Assembly (NCBI GenBank): GCA_964016885.1
Contig: OZ024742.1
Coordinates: 345,340,001 to 345,404,000, forward strand
Direction of reading: 5' to 3'
Origin: Eledone cirrhosa
Lineage: Eukaryota
DNA: 64,000 bases
Under the pieces are notes generated by a model that saw nothing but the letters and a program-made list of their open reading frames with translations, had not been told where the DNA came from and made no database searches. The position numbers were made by a program, and so were the translations under genes. This document shows, piece after piece, positions 28,046 through 40,050 of this stretch. Within the stretch, counting starts at the first letter, position 1; each line of letters begins with the position of its first letter.

Positions 28046-28364
28046 CTATTTATTAAGTAATTAGTATTGGCAACCTTGAAAATTCATTGAAATCGAAGAC
28101 CAACTATTTACCGCAAGAGTCAAGTTTCTTCGTTCCAATTTTGATTAAAGGAGACGTTTTCGCAGAAAGAAATGTTATTTTTACATTGTATTTCATTAGT
28201 TCATACAATATCTCTCCAGTGTCTAGGGGGTGATAGATATGTTTAACCAACATCATTTCTGTCACTCAATCGTTTATCAGTTGGTAATTCTATGTCAGTT
28301 ACACGGCATTTTCCTCTCTTCTCGTGTTCACGTCTACGTATTTTGAAACACTAAATTCGATGCC

Positions 28365-28583
28365 TAAATTTATTCGGGTTGACGCGCGTTTCACGATTAA
28401 TCAGCTCAAGGTTCGATCCGTATCGATCGCACCCGACTCTAGAATCAATAGCTCATCTGACTCGTAGTCATTAATGAAACCACGGGTCTTATGAACTATT
28501 GATTCCAGAGCCGGGCGCGTTCGATACAGATCATATATTGAGCTGATCGATCGCGAAATGCGCTTCACGCCTGAATAAATTTA
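28365..28583. mobile_element. Palindromic (foldback) MITE with ~90-bp arms; partial relative at 9487-9560
   Basis: taaatttattcgggttgacgcgcgtttcacgattaatcagctcaa...ctctagaatcaatag matches ctattgattccagag...ttgagctgatcgatcgcgaaatgcgcttca..gaataaattta. Confidence 0.75.
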
Positions 28584-28611
28584 ATATATAATATATAATA
28601 TATAATATTTC

Positions 28612-28645
<34 letters not shown>

Positions 28646-29342
28646 ATAATCGATAGTTGGTAATAGATGATCGATTGCTTAGATCGATTTTCACTCCGAT
28701 TCCAGGGGTTATGAAACCGCGACCGTAAGGAAGATAATAGCTTTTCCACCTTAAAGTATATACTGTTTCCTAAATATTATATGCCTAATATATATAAATG
28801 TGTGTGTGTGTGTATGTGTGTGTGTGTGTGTGTGTGTGCGTGCGTGTATGTGTGTGTGTGAGTGTGAGTGTGTGAGTGTGTGTGTGTATATTTGTGTGTA
28901 CAAAATACTGTGTTTCTCTCTAATGAATGTATGGCTATATACATATATTTTTTTTAGTTTGAATCATTGATACTCTGGACAAAAATCCATTGAGCTTCGC
29001 TGCTAAGAAACATATTCATCATAGATATTATATATGTTATGATACTGTAAATTAGTATATATATAGATAAACATGTACTTGACACGATATATTAGACCAA
29101 CACATGGTGATACCTCAGCATAGAAGCAGTCTAATTACTGAAACATATAAAATAATAAAAGGTGGTATCGTCCACTCGAGGATTGCAAAATTCCACTGAA
29201 AATTCATTATAGATGAAACATTTAGTTGTATACAGTATTCTATATATTAGGTAATTCTGAAAAAAAAGCAAAGAAAAAAAGAGTGCTCAATGTATAGAAC
29301 AGAGCTATTTAATTAGAAAGTGAACAACACAAAATATAACTA

Positions 29343-29410
29343 CTCCATTGCCAAAGGTTTCTGGATCACAGACGATAATAATATACGTCTGGATCGGTCG
29401 TCAGACAGAG
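29343..29410 (-). ncRNA. Type I hammerhead ribozyme (family B), minus arm
   Basis: Reads ctctgt-CTGACGA-cc gatccagacg..cgtctgtgatc ca-GAAA-cc ttt gg-CA-atggag. Stem I is ctctgt/atggag. U16.1 appears mutated to C. Confidence 0.55.
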
Positions 29411-29465
29411 ATGTTATGGATAAAAAATATGATATTTTTTTATCCATATTTTTTATCTATTACAT

Positions 29466-29533
29466 CTCTGTCTGACGACCGATCCAGACGTTTATTATTA
29501 TTGTCTAGGATCCAGAAACCTTTTTTAATGGAG
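29466..29533 (+). ncRNA. Type I hammerhead ribozyme (family B), plus arm
   Basis: Reads ctctgt-CTGACGA(29472)...ggatcca-GAAA-cctttttt-a-atggag; stem III is decayed. Confidence 0.5.
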
Positions 29534-29694
29534 TAGTTATATTTTGTGTTCACTTTCTAATACAGTATTCTATAGACAAATTATATGAGTTATTGAAGCG
29601 CTAGATTTGAAATGTCAATATGTGAGTATCGTAAACAAAGAAATTAACTATTATTAGCGTTGACCTCAATAAATATCTGAGAGTATCGGGTAAA

Positions 29695-29945
29695 TATGTG
29701 TGTGGGCTGAAAAGTTCATAAGCTGACTATAGAGGAGTGATGCTAGAGCTGTGAAATCTTCCATACATAAATTTCAACTCTTCTTATTAATAAACTGTAT
29801 TGTTTACTTCCAGGTATTATGCTCACCAATATACCTCATTTGGTCATTCCATGAGAGTATCTTGGTTATCCTATGAATTTTTCATCCTATCAACTTTGCA
29901 GCCGATTATCTCATCAGTCTATGAACTTTTCAGCCAAACTTCTTA
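29695..29945. mobile_element. Tc1/mariner-type MITE
   Basis: TIR cores ggctgaaaagttcataagctga (29705) and tcagtctatgaacttttcagcc (29914-29935), with TA at the ends. Confidence 0.7.
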
Positions 29946-30031
29946 CTCTGAGGGACGAAAACAAAAGGATACAGGGGGGCTTCTGTCCCCATTTTCCATC
30001 CCTGGTAATAATTTACCCGATATTCACAGCC

Positions 30032-30222
30032 ATGTGAATTGGCAGTATCGGTAGAGAGTCGGACGCCATGCTTTGCAGCATAGAGTCACGTCACTTTTCG
30101 GTCTGAGTTCAAATCCCGCCGAGGTTAACTTTGTCTTTCATCATTACGGGGTCGATAAAATAAAGTAGCAGTAATGTACTGAGATAATTCCTGGCCTTAT
30201 GTCAAAAGTAGAAACAATTATT
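30032..30222 (+). mobile_element. Deu/Nin-domain SINE
   Basis: Close match to the 9290 copy. Confidence 0.9.
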
Positions 30223-30424
30223 TATAGGGATGGACTGTTATCAATTATTGTCTGCCTTCGAGTTTATCGCGTTTTCAAATGTAGTATTTTATAGATTTAA
30301 ATTGAAGAAATGTTTTTGTTTTGTTGGTTTATACGTTGGCTATTCCTGTTGTTAATCAACGGAACAGCATGTCTGCTCATAAAATAAATGTTTACTTTAC
30401 TGTGAATTTCCCAAACAAGCACAG

Positions 30425-30948
30425 TTCGGCCTCCACCCGCTTTCCTGTCGTCACAGTGCCGGCCGCCTTCCACTCCATGCTGCCCTCAACGAGGTCATAA
30501 AGTATGGCTTTGACGCTGCAGGCTTCCCTTCCCAGCTCGAGCCGGTGTGGCTGGACCGAGGGGACGGCTAAAGGCCAGATGGCATGACCATCTTCCTGTT
30601 CCGCGGTGGCAAACCCCTCGTCTGGGATGCCACTTGCACCGACACTTCTTGCAGCCGCAACCTGGTGCAGTCTGCGACTAACCCAGGTTCTGCTGCATGT
30701 CGAGCTGAGAAGGCCAAACTCTTCAAATACCGGTCGTTCTCCGACAGCTTTGCGTTTTTATCATTGACAGTGGAGACTTCTTGAGTCCTCAGCCCTAAGG
30801 CTACCTCCCTACTCACCACCATGGGCGCTGAGCTGGCCAGCCGCAGGTGTGATCCTGGCGAGATGAAATGGCTTTTCCAGCGCATCTCCATTGCCGTCCA
30901 CCGGGGAAACGCCTTCTCTATTCTGTCCGCCGGGCTGAGGGGAGACCA
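30425..30948 (+). mobile_element. CRE-clade LINE 3' segment (RLE), second copy, with in-frame stops
   Basis: Colinear reverse complement of 22016-22538; [27 protein letters not shown]...WLFQRISIAVHRGNAFSILSA. Confidence 0.8.
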
Positions 30949-31479
30949 CCAATACCATTGACTCTCTTGTCATTTTATCAGTCAGATGTTATTAAACATG
31001 GTGAGACAATACATGTGTTAGTTTGACAGTAGTTAAGTGTTCCATAAACATGGGCCTCCTTAATTTGATTTCTATGGTGAATCAGTTTGACATTGTATGG
31101 AACAAAGCTAAGACTTTTAATCTTAGTGTAATTCTCAAGGAAATTCAGCGTTACAGTGTAAGAGGATGCTGTCTCATTGAGTTAGAGGTACAGTCCTTCC
31201 TACGAACTTCCAAACATTTTCCTTCTAGCCAATTTCACTTACAAGGTATTGATCGATCAGAGTCTTTGGTAAATAACATTTGCCCAAGACGCCACCTTGT
31301 CGGATCGAACTCGGGATCTAATGAATGCGAGGTGAACTTCCTAATAAATACTTCCACGTTGTGTCCACATTGAACGGGATCAGGTCAAGGGAAATTTCAT
31401 GTCAGAGATCTTGAAAATGGCAGTGCCTATGTTTGTGTCTATGTGTATGTATGTGTGTGTATATGTGCCAGCTGACCCC

Positions 31480-31885
31480 TTAACACTACTACCACTACCA
31501 ACACAATGGAGGAGGTCAGCTGTACCTAAACAAAAACTACTACAACAGATTGTCTTGCCTTAGGAAAATTTTTATATACTTTTGACTGAGGAATATTCTC
31601 ACAACTGACCAATGGGATGCGAGCGTGTCCTATGACGCCGAAATTCGTTTGCTCTAGCTCATATGATTCCAGTTCCTAAGAGAAATAACAACACTACCAG
31701 GAGTAGGACATATCGATGGATTGACGGAGTAAAACACACTTCAACATGTGTACCTGCCCTTCCCACACCAATTCGGACAGCCTGAAGAGGTCACAGTCAA
31801 TGATGGCTGTCACCGAAATATATATAGCAGTATATCTATAATTTGTAATAAACGAAGCCAAATTTTACATATTTGACTTAATTAT
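31480..31885 (+). mobile_element. PLE pLTR (3' end) with hammerhead and AATAAA
   Basis: Possible CL..EKF endonuclease-end remnant at ~31552, HHR at 31777-31831, aataaa at 31847. Confidence 0.55.
31777..31831 (+). ncRNA. Type I hammerhead ribozyme (family C)
   Basis: Reads acagc-CTGAAGA-ggtcacagtca atga tggctgtcacc-GAAA-tatatata-gcagt. Stem II is 11 bp with one mismatch, stem III is the palindromic ATATATAT, and stem I has one mismatch. Confidence 0.65.
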
Positions 31886-31907
31886 TTTATTTTATATATA
31901 TATAAAT

Positions 31908-33700
31908 ATAGGCTGTTCTTTAGGGCCGCTGAATAGGGTGGGTTGTACCATGTGATTTTTCTACATCTATTCCTGTGTGGGAGGATTGAGCGTGCTGTTG
32001 GCTCTTGGGGAGTTGTTGGGTTGCTAGTGGTTCCCACATTGTTGCTTCCCCTTTGGGCGCTATGTGTTTTGCTAGCTTCCCGGCCTGTGCCTGTGGGGTG
32101 GTTGTTGCCTAAGCTGGAAGTTCTACCATGGGATGATCCTCCATTCATCCCGCTTCATGCCTTGCCGTTGGGGGCGTCGGGCCCGGGGTGGTTAGTATCA
32201 CCCCTGAACCGCTACTAGTGCTGGGTTTCCTCCCATGGCTAGGCGTACTCGTCCTTTTCGATAATGTGGTGGTGTCGGGTTCATGGGATTTAGTGGTTTC
32301 CACTCTGCCTGTACTGTTAGGGTTCTCCCCCCTCCCGGATACCGTGGGTCAGGGGGTCCGATGAGCTATCCATATCATTGCGCCTCGGATTATAAGATAT
32401 ATTTTGGCCATGCGCCGCCTTATTTAGAGCTGCGTTGTAATACTCTGCGTTGCTATCGGAGATCTCCTTATTGGCGGACAGGTTGGAGATCCTGTCCGAG
32501 ACACTCTTTACTACGGCCTTAATTATGGATCTATGGTGATTTGACTTGGCGTTAACATATACCAGTTTCTTGTTGGGCTTGTGATATGAGTAGTATTGCT
32601 CAGTGCTCAGGTTTAGGGTGGTGTCTAGGAAGTTGACTACCTTTCTACTTGGGTTTAGTTCAATACTGAGCCTATGGATCTTAAAGAAATGCCTATTCTC
32701 CTCTTCATTCTCTCCACCATAGTGGTGCTGTGGTCATAGACGGTGAAGAGAGCATCGTCACGATGTAATCCGCCGCCCAGGCAGGCGATTTCTTCTTTTA
32801 TCTGCTTCTGCAGGAAGAGCCGAACCAGTTCCGTTACCTGTGCGGAGTCGCTGGAGCCTATTGTGATGTCAAAGTTATTTGGCGAATCACTCCTGGTCCA
32901 AAGGTCCCCACCGAAACGGATCAAGGTCTTTCGGGCTGCGTGGATGATGCCTACCTCCTCGCGGGTTAGGTCAGTATTGGACATCGCTAAAATAAGAGCC
33001 TTATTTAGCACTATGGGCGAGATTGAGGAGTAGTATCCAGCAATATTCAATTGGATAAAGCTGGTCCTACTTTTCTCAGGTAATATCGTAAACCATTCTA
33101 TTACCTCTCCTGTGCATGACCATTGCTGTAATCTAGTTTTTTTCCGAAGCTTAGGCAGAATCCTATTTAGTATGCTTCTACTGACGATCCCCAGGTCCGA
33201 TCTGGAGGGGGCTATTAGTCTAACCGGGAGGTGGGACTCAAAGTTTGGCTTGTGATCTTTAAGGGTAATCCTTGGCTCCCTTGGTTAGTATGGGGCCGTC
33301 CTATCCTCTATGCCGAGTCCGGATATTATCCTGTACGCTGTGGCGTTGATCTCATCCAGGGTAACTCCAGGTGTTTTTTTGTAGCACTTCCTCAGTTCCC
33401 TGAGAATTATCTTATTATACAGTTCCATGTCCATGCTGTAGAGGCAGTTGGTTTTATCAGCATGGACGAGTATTCCAGTTTTCTCTTTAAGTTTAGTAAT
33501 CCCGTTTCCCAGGTGTCTGGTAAATTTGAGGTTGGAGATAATGTTAATCATCTCGTTTTCGAACTCCTCCATTAGCCTGTTGTGTGGAGCGTTTCTGCTT
33601 GTTCTAAAAAGGTACTCCATGTTTTGGGTTTTGGTAAATTTTGGCGTTACTTTTTTGGCGTTACTTTTTTACAAAGTGGAACGCCCGCCATCTCATCCTA
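31908..33700 (-). pseudogene. Penelope-like retroelement RT ORF, Naiad-type, broken by stops and frameshifts and truncated before the GIY-YIG endonuclease
   Basis: Motifs LVHADKTNCLY, QQWSCTGEVIEWF, FIQLNIAGYYSSI, IIHAARKTL, FDITIGSSDSAQVTELV, GLHRDDAL, VNFLDTTLNL, YHKPNKKLVYVNAKSNH and RKITWYNPPYS. Confidence 0.85.
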
Positions 33701-33899
33701 CAGACAAGGGAGTCCGTACTCTTGATGAGATCACTGGTGTATTCTCATTTGCCAGATAGTGGGATATCCTTCAGTGACGCCAAGGTTGCCAGCTTTTCCA
33801 ATGCGACTTAAGTCCGCTACTGTTTGAAGTGCTCAATACGTCGTGGAGCTAGATAAACTTTGAGTATATGTTGGTTGTTATATATATATATATATATAT

Positions 33900-34505
33900 A
33901 TTGGAAAATGTGTGTAATCCTTGGTACAGTTGGTATATTAAGATAGGGGGAAGAAAAAAATGGCTTCACTTGTGCTTTCAACAAATTTATTTTCTTCACA
34001 AAATCCCCAAAAAATTTTTTTCCAGATTACAAAAAAATTTTTCTTAAAAAAATTTTTTTTTTTTTTTAATTTTTTTTTATAAATTAAGTTGTTGGTTGTT
34101 GATGAGGTCTTAGGAGTTCTTGGTTAACATAGGAGGTATTGTTTCGTTTTTAGAAAGACCTTTCACGCTGAGGTGCGCTTGTCAAACTGATGTGTATGTG
34201 GTGTGTTGTTCTATATATAGAGATTTAACATGTTTGTGGTGTGGTAGGGGGGGGGGGGGTTCTGTTTTTTTCCCCACCCTTTAATAAGTGTTGGGGTGTA
34301 GGTGTGTTGAAAAAATGTTAATAGCAGTAATGAGTTGAGACAGTGAGTAGGGTTGGGTGGGGAGAAATGTAGCAAGTGCGGCCTGCCCCGGTCATTCTCG
34401 AAAAATTCCTTTATTCAGGGGAAAAAGCTTTTAGTATTCCTTTGTATCGAGAATGGTCATAGGCAAACCGCACCTGCCAAGCTTGTAAACAATTATTTTT
34501 TAAAA
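33900..34505 (-). mobile_element. Probable upstream pLTR of the Naiad-type element (3' end of a preceding copy), heavily degraded
   Basis: Minus strand has YKLGRCGL..LNK.. remnants resembling the endonuclease C-terminus. Bounded by (TA)n and homopolymer-rich. Confidence 0.35.
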
Positions 34506-34538
34506 TTAGTCCTTTGTTCAACACACACATATGTGCGT

Positions 34539-34606
<68 letters not shown>

Positions 34607-35027
34607 CATACGGCATCCGTTGCAAAGAAAAACTCTCGTCAGAAGGATCTTTTCATTCGAAGAATATGAAATTCCCGAATTCAAATTACGAACTAGCGCT
34701 ATCCAAAATTGTTCCCGAGATGAGAGAAAATGAAGTGGAATCAATTTTTTGAAGGGCCGAGTGTAAAGATAGAGGCGGAGGCAGGGAGGTCATTCGGCTA
34801 CTGCTATAACTAGCAGCAGTCAGAACGACCAAATTTTTTTCTCAACCAAGAGGAGATTAGTAATAATAGAATATGTGTTCCTACACGCACAAAGCGCTAA
34901 GAGACACATGTATTGTCCAACCATAGCCAATGTGGTTCAATGGCAGGTTAATAAATTAACGAGCCAGAACATATATAATCAAGGTTTAGCAAATAAGAGA
35001 GTTTTTCTTTGCAACGGATGCCGTATG
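34607..35027. mobile_element. MITE with perfect 31-bp TIRs
   Basis: catacggcatccgttgcaaagaaaaactctc (34607-34637) is the exact reverse complement of 34997-35027. Confidence 0.85.
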
Positions 35028-35248
35028 GAGTCCGTTTATTTTTGAGACTCGAAACCGATTCGGTAAAGGTAACTATAGTAGGTAAAGTTAATTTTTTTAA
35101 ATTTATTTTGAAACTTTTTCTTATTTGCTAAACCTTGATTATATATGTTCTGGCTCTTTAATTTATTAACCTGCCATTGAACCACATTGGCTATGGTTGG
35201 ACAATACATGTGTCTCTTAGCGCCTTCTGCGTGTAGGAACACATATTC

Positions 35249-35329
<81 letters not shown>

Positions 35330-35377
35330 AGACGTAAAATAAGAAAATTATAAATTTAACTTACTTACTAAAATATC

Positions 35378-35460
35378 TCTTCCAACTAATTAGTTTCTGG
35401 AATGGAGTAAATATATTTTCCGGAGGATAATACGGAGAAGCATTCCGTCGTCAGGAAAGT
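35378..35460 (-). ncRNA. Type I hammerhead ribozyme (family D), copy 1
   Basis: Reverse complement of the 36398 fold; tcgtcag at 35448. Confidence 0.65.
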
Positions 35461-35890
35461 CTATTCTCATGTAAGTTTCCAGGCAAAGCGAGGACACTGG
35501 AAACTTATTAAAAATAATTCAGTGGATAGGAAATAGCAAAGCGTGGACTGAATTCCAAGCCATTGAGAAAATCACTGCCTCTACGTCTGTGGCAAATTCG
35601 AAAAGAATCGAACACGTGACATCGAGTGGAAAGTGGTTTGCTAATAAGACAGCGGCCTGCCTACAACCGTAGCAGCAGTCATGGCCAATATTGCTCGACA
35701 AATAATTTGGAGATAATAATAAAGAATTCATATCTAGTAACATATATATACATACAGATGCATATCAATGCTAGCAAATATATAGGTTTTGTCTTAATAA
35801 CAGTGTGGTTCAATGCATGGGGTTGCAGAACAATAATATAAGAGACGTAAAATAAGAAAATTATAAATTTAACTTACTTACTAAAATATC

Positions 35891-35973
35891 ACTTCCAAAC
35901 TAATTAGTTTCTGGAATGGAGTAAATATATTTTCCGAAGAATAATACAAGAAGCATTCCGTCGTCAGGAAAGT
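35891..35973 (-). ncRNA. Type I hammerhead ribozyme (family D), copy 2, with a 1-nt insertion at the cleavage site
   Basis: tcgtcag at 35961; acttccaaactaattagtttc. Confidence 0.55.
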
Positions 35974-36397
35974 ATATTCTCATGTAAGTTTCCAGGCAAA
36001 GCGAGGACACTGGAAACTTATTAAAAAATAATTCAGTGGATAGGAAATAGCAAAGCGTGGACTGAATTCCAAGCCATTGAGAAAATGTATATATATGTAT
36101 ATATATGTTACTAGATATGAATTCTTTATTATTATCTCCAAATTATTTGTCGAGCAATACTGGCCATGACTGCTGCTACGGTTGTAGGCAGGCCGCTGTC
36201 TTATTAGCAAACCACTTTCCACTGATTGACCTCGATGTCACGTGTTCGATTCTTTTCGAATTTGCCACAGACGTAGAGGCAGTGATTTTCTCAATGGCTT
36301 GGAATTCAGTCCACGCTTTGCTATTTCCTATCCACTGAATTATTTTTTAATAAGTTTCCAGTGTCCTCGCTTTGCCTGGAAACTTACATGAGAATAG

Positions 36398-36480
36398 ACT
36401 TTCCTGACGACGGAATGCTTCTCCGTATTATTCTTCGGAAAATATATTTACTCCATTCCAGAAACTAATTAGTTGGAAGT
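36398..36480 (+). ncRNA. Type I hammerhead ribozyme (family D), copy 3
   Basis: Reads actttc-CTGACGA-c ggaatg...cattcc a-GAAA-ctaattag-TT-ggaagt. Stem I is actttc/ggaagt, stem II is extended, stem III (AACTAATTAGTT) is self-complementary, and the triplet is GUU. Confidence 0.7.
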
Positions 36481-36920
36481 GATATTTTAGTAAGTAAGTT
36501 AAATTTATAATTTTCTTATTTTACGTCTCTTATATTATTGTTCTGCAACCCCATGCATTGAACCACACTGTTATTAAGACAAAACCTATATATTTGCTAG
36601 CATTGATATGCATCTGTATGTATATATATGTTACTAGATATGAATTCTTTATTATTATCTCCAAATTATTTGTCGAGCAATATTGGCCATGACTGCTGCT
36701 ACGGTTGTAGGCAGGCCGCTGTCTTATTAGCAAACCACTTTCCACTGATTGACCTCGATGTCACGTGTTCGATTCTTTTCGAATTTGCCACAGACGTAGA
36801 GGCAGTGATTTTCTCAATGGCTTGGAATTCAGTCCACGCTTTGCTATTTCCTATCCACTGAATTATTTTTTAATAAGTTTCCAGTGTCCTCGCTTTGCCT
36901 GGAAACTTACATGAGAATAG

Positions 36921-37003
36921 ACTTTCCTGACGACGGAATGCTTCTCCGTATTATTCTTCGGAAAATATATTTACTCCATTCCAGAAACTAATTAGTTGGA
37001 AGT
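36921..37003 (+). ncRNA. Type I hammerhead ribozyme (family D), copy 4
   Basis: Same sequence as copy 3, 523 nt downstream. Confidence 0.7.
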
Positions 37004-37174
37004 GATATTTTAGTAAGTAAGTTAAATTTATAATTTTCTTATTTTACGTCTCTTATATTATTGTTCTGCAACCCCATGCATTGAACGACACTGTTATTAA
37101 GACAAAACCTATATATTTGCTAGCATTGATATGCATCTGTATGTATATATATATGTTACTAGATATGAATTCTT

Positions 37175-37293
<119 letters not shown>

Positions 37294-37398
37294 GATATAT
37301 ATATATATATATATATATGTCGTATGGTTGCTAGGATGCGTCCATAGGCGGCAAGCTGGTTAAGCACTCTATGCTCCTTCGGAGCAGAGTATGATAAA

Positions 37399-37837
<439 letters not shown>

Positions 37838-38554
37838 TATATGGGTTGGTGTGTGTATGCATATCTGTGTGTGCGTGCTTTTGTGTGTGCATATGTGTAT
37901 ATGTGTGTGCTTGTGTGTAGGTGGGTGTTCATGAATGTGTGTGTGTGTGTGCATGCGTGTGTGTGTGTGCATCTTCATGTGGGTGTGTGCATATATATAT
38001 ATAGAGAGAGAGAGCTATGTGTCTGTATGTGTGTGTGTGTGTGTATGTATGTGTGTGTGCAAATGTGTGTTGGATCTCCGTCAGTTTCGACGACGAATGT
38101 TCCAGAATAACGTTACAGACTATTAGTGAAATTAACGTGTACCTAGGCTGAGCATTCTTGGACATGTTTACCGGATGTCTCAGGGAGATTCAGCGTGACA
38201 CAGTGTTTCAGAACGCTCGTCCTTTGATTTACACGTAGTTACAATTCATTTTTCCAGATGAGTGAACTAGATCAACGTGAAATAATTTATTTTACTTAAG
38301 CATATAGAACACTTCTCTCTACGGGAATCGAACCCACAACCTTATTATCGAGAGTCACCCAACCCTAACCATTAACCCGCACACATTTATGACAGTGGCA
38401 ATATCTGATGTTTAATCTCCGTCTTTCAAAGCGAATTAAATGTTGTATCCATCATAAATTTAGCATTTAGATAGTAACATGAAATGTTAATAGCCCATAT
38501 ATTTGCAAGGAACTAGGATTAAAAATAAAATTCAACTATCACCGCTCCTTTCTT

Positions 38555-38683
<129 letters not shown>

Positions 38684-38906
38684 TTATAGTGCAAATATAT
38701 ATATCCTATAAACACACACACACGCGCCCAGTCTCTCTCTCTCTCTCCCTCTCTCTCTCCCTCTCTCTCTCTTATAAACACATACACACACACGCCCGTT
38801 CTCTCTCTCTCTCTCTTATAAACACATACACACACACGTCTGATCTCTCTCTCTCTTTCTCTCTTTCTCTCTTATAAACACATACATACACACACCTAAT
38901 CTCTCT

Positions 38907-38940
<34 letters not shown>

Positions 38941-39420
38941 CTCTCTCTCTCTTTTATAAACACCTACACACACACTCCCGTACAACATTCTTACCACCTT
39001 TTTACCATAAAATTCTGTTATAACGTGAGATTTAAAGAAACACCCCCTCCCCTGACACTCTCCTTTTATCTCACTCACTCCGTCATGCACCCACCCATAC
39101 ACACAGACACACACACACCTATACACACTCGCTAAGATAATCTTATCCATCCATTTTCCAGCGTGACCGACGTTTTACACGAACAAACAGCTTTAATATA
39201 ATAGATTATGAAATTGAGGAGGTCATTCAAGAAAAAATAATGATTTTTTTACAAATAATAGAATAAGTTTTTACAAAGTCTTACAAGGGAGACTATATTG
39301 ATACATGTCATCGGTGATTGTCGGTTCAGCTGCTCTAAAATAATATATCTTCTATAGTTTCTATAGTCAGCATGGTATTTGAGAAGCTGCGTTACTCTGT
39401 TTTATAACTATGTATTACGA

Positions 39421-39510
<90 letters not shown>

Positions 39511-39524
39511 TATATATATATATA

Positions 39525-39664
<140 letters not shown>

Positions 39665-39968
39665 CACACACACACACACACACATGTACGTATGGGTTAT
39701 ATCAAACATTAATAATAATACTCGATTCGTTTGTAAACAAGAGAAGACTAGAAGCCCTTCATCAGCTGTTAACAGCGGATCATAGATGTTTCGGCGCTTA
39801 AAACAGGACATCAAAATCGATCGGCAGCCCGCCAAGGCCTTTTATCAATCAAAAGGCCACGAGGGAAAGAAAAGATAGTGAAGAGAGAGGAAGAGAGAGA
39901 AAAAAGGAAAGAGAAAATAACGAAGTCGACGAAGCAATTCTTTGCTTAAACTTTAATCTGTTATTTTA

Positions 39969-40050
<82 letters not shown>

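Larger units (their letters stand above)
29230..29574. mobile_element. PLE-derived foldback cassette with an HHR in each arm and a 15-bp flanking direct repeat
   Basis: Arms ~29312-29430 and 29444-29561. atacagtattctata occurs at 29230-29244 and 29560-29574. The gtgctcaat PLE-end motif is at 29283. Confidence 0.75.

Noticed and set aside
33975-34275. Unusual homopolymer-rich segment
   Set aside because: Looks like low-quality long-read sequence or a decayed pLTR; no interpretable structure.
39755-39800. Possible permuted (type II) hammerhead on the minus strand (GAAAC...gctgttaacag-CTGATGA)
   Set aside because: Stem III needs a bulge, there are extra nucleotides before stem I, and stem II pairs poorly; at most a rearranged relic.
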